A stretch of DNA of 64,000 bases from Octopus bimaculoides (taxonomy: Eukaryota): positions 122,713,257 through 122,777,256 of the forward strand of contig NC_068983.1 in assembly GCF_001194135.2 (NCBI RefSeq). The letters are read 5' to 3'. A program made the position numbers and the translations under genes. The notes beneath the pieces are model-generated. The model had not been told where the DNA came from. It saw only the letters and a list, made by a program, of their open reading frames with translations, and did no database searches. This document shows, piece after piece, positions 62,918 to 64,000 of the stretch (positions are counted from its first letter, which is position 1; each line of letters opens with the position of its first letter).

Positions 62918-63401
62918 ATGTAAAATACAGTGTACATTTAATACACATTAGAGATGTCCATAAAAGGACATCTGACCCACTAGAAAGAACAGCCAAAGCT
63001 CTACACCACAAAATTAGGGATAATTTCGAAAGGAATGAAAAATAAAAACATTTACCATCTATATTTCGAACCAGGTTTCAAGTTATTTTAGCAAAACAAA
63101 NNNNNNNNNNGAATGAAAAATAAAAACATTTACCATCTATATTTCGAACCAGGTTTCAAGTTATTTTAGCAAAACAAACTATTTTGCAAGGCCAACTATC
63201 ATCAGCGAAATAGCCTAGATCAACATATATGCACGAGGCACTACATAGAGAACATGACTTGTGCACAATGTTTTTATTTTTCATTCCTTAAGAAATTATC
63301 CCTAAATTTGTGGTGTAGAGCTTTGGCTGCTCTTTCTAGCGGGTCAGATATCCTTTTATGGGCATCTCTAATGTGTATTAAATGTACACTGTATTTTACA
63401 T
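62918..63401. mobile_element. MITE-like element with 135-bp TIRs
   Basis: 62918-63052 is highly similar to the inverse of 63267-63401. It contains TA|CAGTG ... CACTG|TA near the ends. Confidence 0.8.
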
Positions 63402-63493
63402 ACAAATAGGTATACATATGCAAGGATGAATACACACACACACATATAAATACATACATATACATGTCCACATATTTATATGTATAATATATA

Positions 63494-64000
63494 TTAGGTT
63501 GTCAAGAAAGTTCTTGTGGTTTTTAACTTTTAAATTCGGATGCACATATCTCGGCTCAAACAAAACTTTTTTAATTGAAATAAACACCATCAGAATCAAC
63601 ACACTTTTGCCAACGCGAAACAAGTTTATTTATGCCAGTAGCGTAAAAATCCTGCGTTCTGGTGGAGATGAAGTCGTTGAAGGCATGTTTGGCATCGTCT
63701 TGGGTTTTTGAAGCATTTTTCATGCAGGAAGTTGTCGAGATGCTTGGAAAAGTGGTAGTCAGTAGACAAGATGTCTGGTGAGTATGGCAGATGAGGCAGA
63801 GTTTTGTAGCCCAATTCGCTCAACTTCTGCAGGGTCAGTTGTGCGACATGTGACCGAGTGTTGTCGTGGAGAAGAACTGGTCCTTTTCTATTGACCATTG
63901 CTGGCTGTTGTTGTCGGAGTTTCTTATGCATTTCATCCATTTGCTGACAGTACTTCTCCACTGTAATGGTTTCGCCTGGATTCAAAAAGCTGTGATGGAT
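63494..64000 (-). mobile_element. Mariner transposon 3' part with TIR
   Basis: Translates to VLLHDNTRSHVAQLTLQKLSELGYKTLPHLPYSPDILSTDYHFSKHLDNFL. TIR TA|TTAGGTTGTCAAGAAAGTTCTTGTGG at 63494. Confidence 0.9.

Noticed and set aside
63033-63178. 68-bp exact direct duplication
   Set aside because: It flanks a 10-N gap exactly, so it is most likely an unmerged contig overlap (assembly artefact).

Overview
Eukaryotic, AT-rich, microsatellite- and gap-rich genomic DNA. Its repeat content (tRNA-derived SINEs, RTE LINEs ending in (GAT)n, Penelope-like repeats) resembles an Octopus/coleoid cephalopod assembly; the species call is inference. There is no intact long protein-coding gene, and most ORF-track entries are microsatellite or N-gap artefacts. 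The window is mostly nested, decayed transposons: RTE LINEs, a Tx1/L1 LINE inside a Tigger, mariner/pogo remnants, CR1-group fragments, several MITEs, a CsRn1-like Gypsy (50280-56552) and a complete 1.3-kb mini-LTR element (8179-9477). The most interesting signals are: (i) type I hammerhead ribozymes in a Penelope-like repeat, two of them in a head-to-head foldback (23150-24360); (ii) the mini-LTR element with a four-fold tandem primer-binding site; (iii) a Gypsy whose two LTRs both end in AA rather than CA; (iv) a higher-order stem-loop array in an RTE 3' UTR; (v) tentative host exons and promoters that could encode an RRAS-motif micropeptide. All alignments and folds were done by eye.
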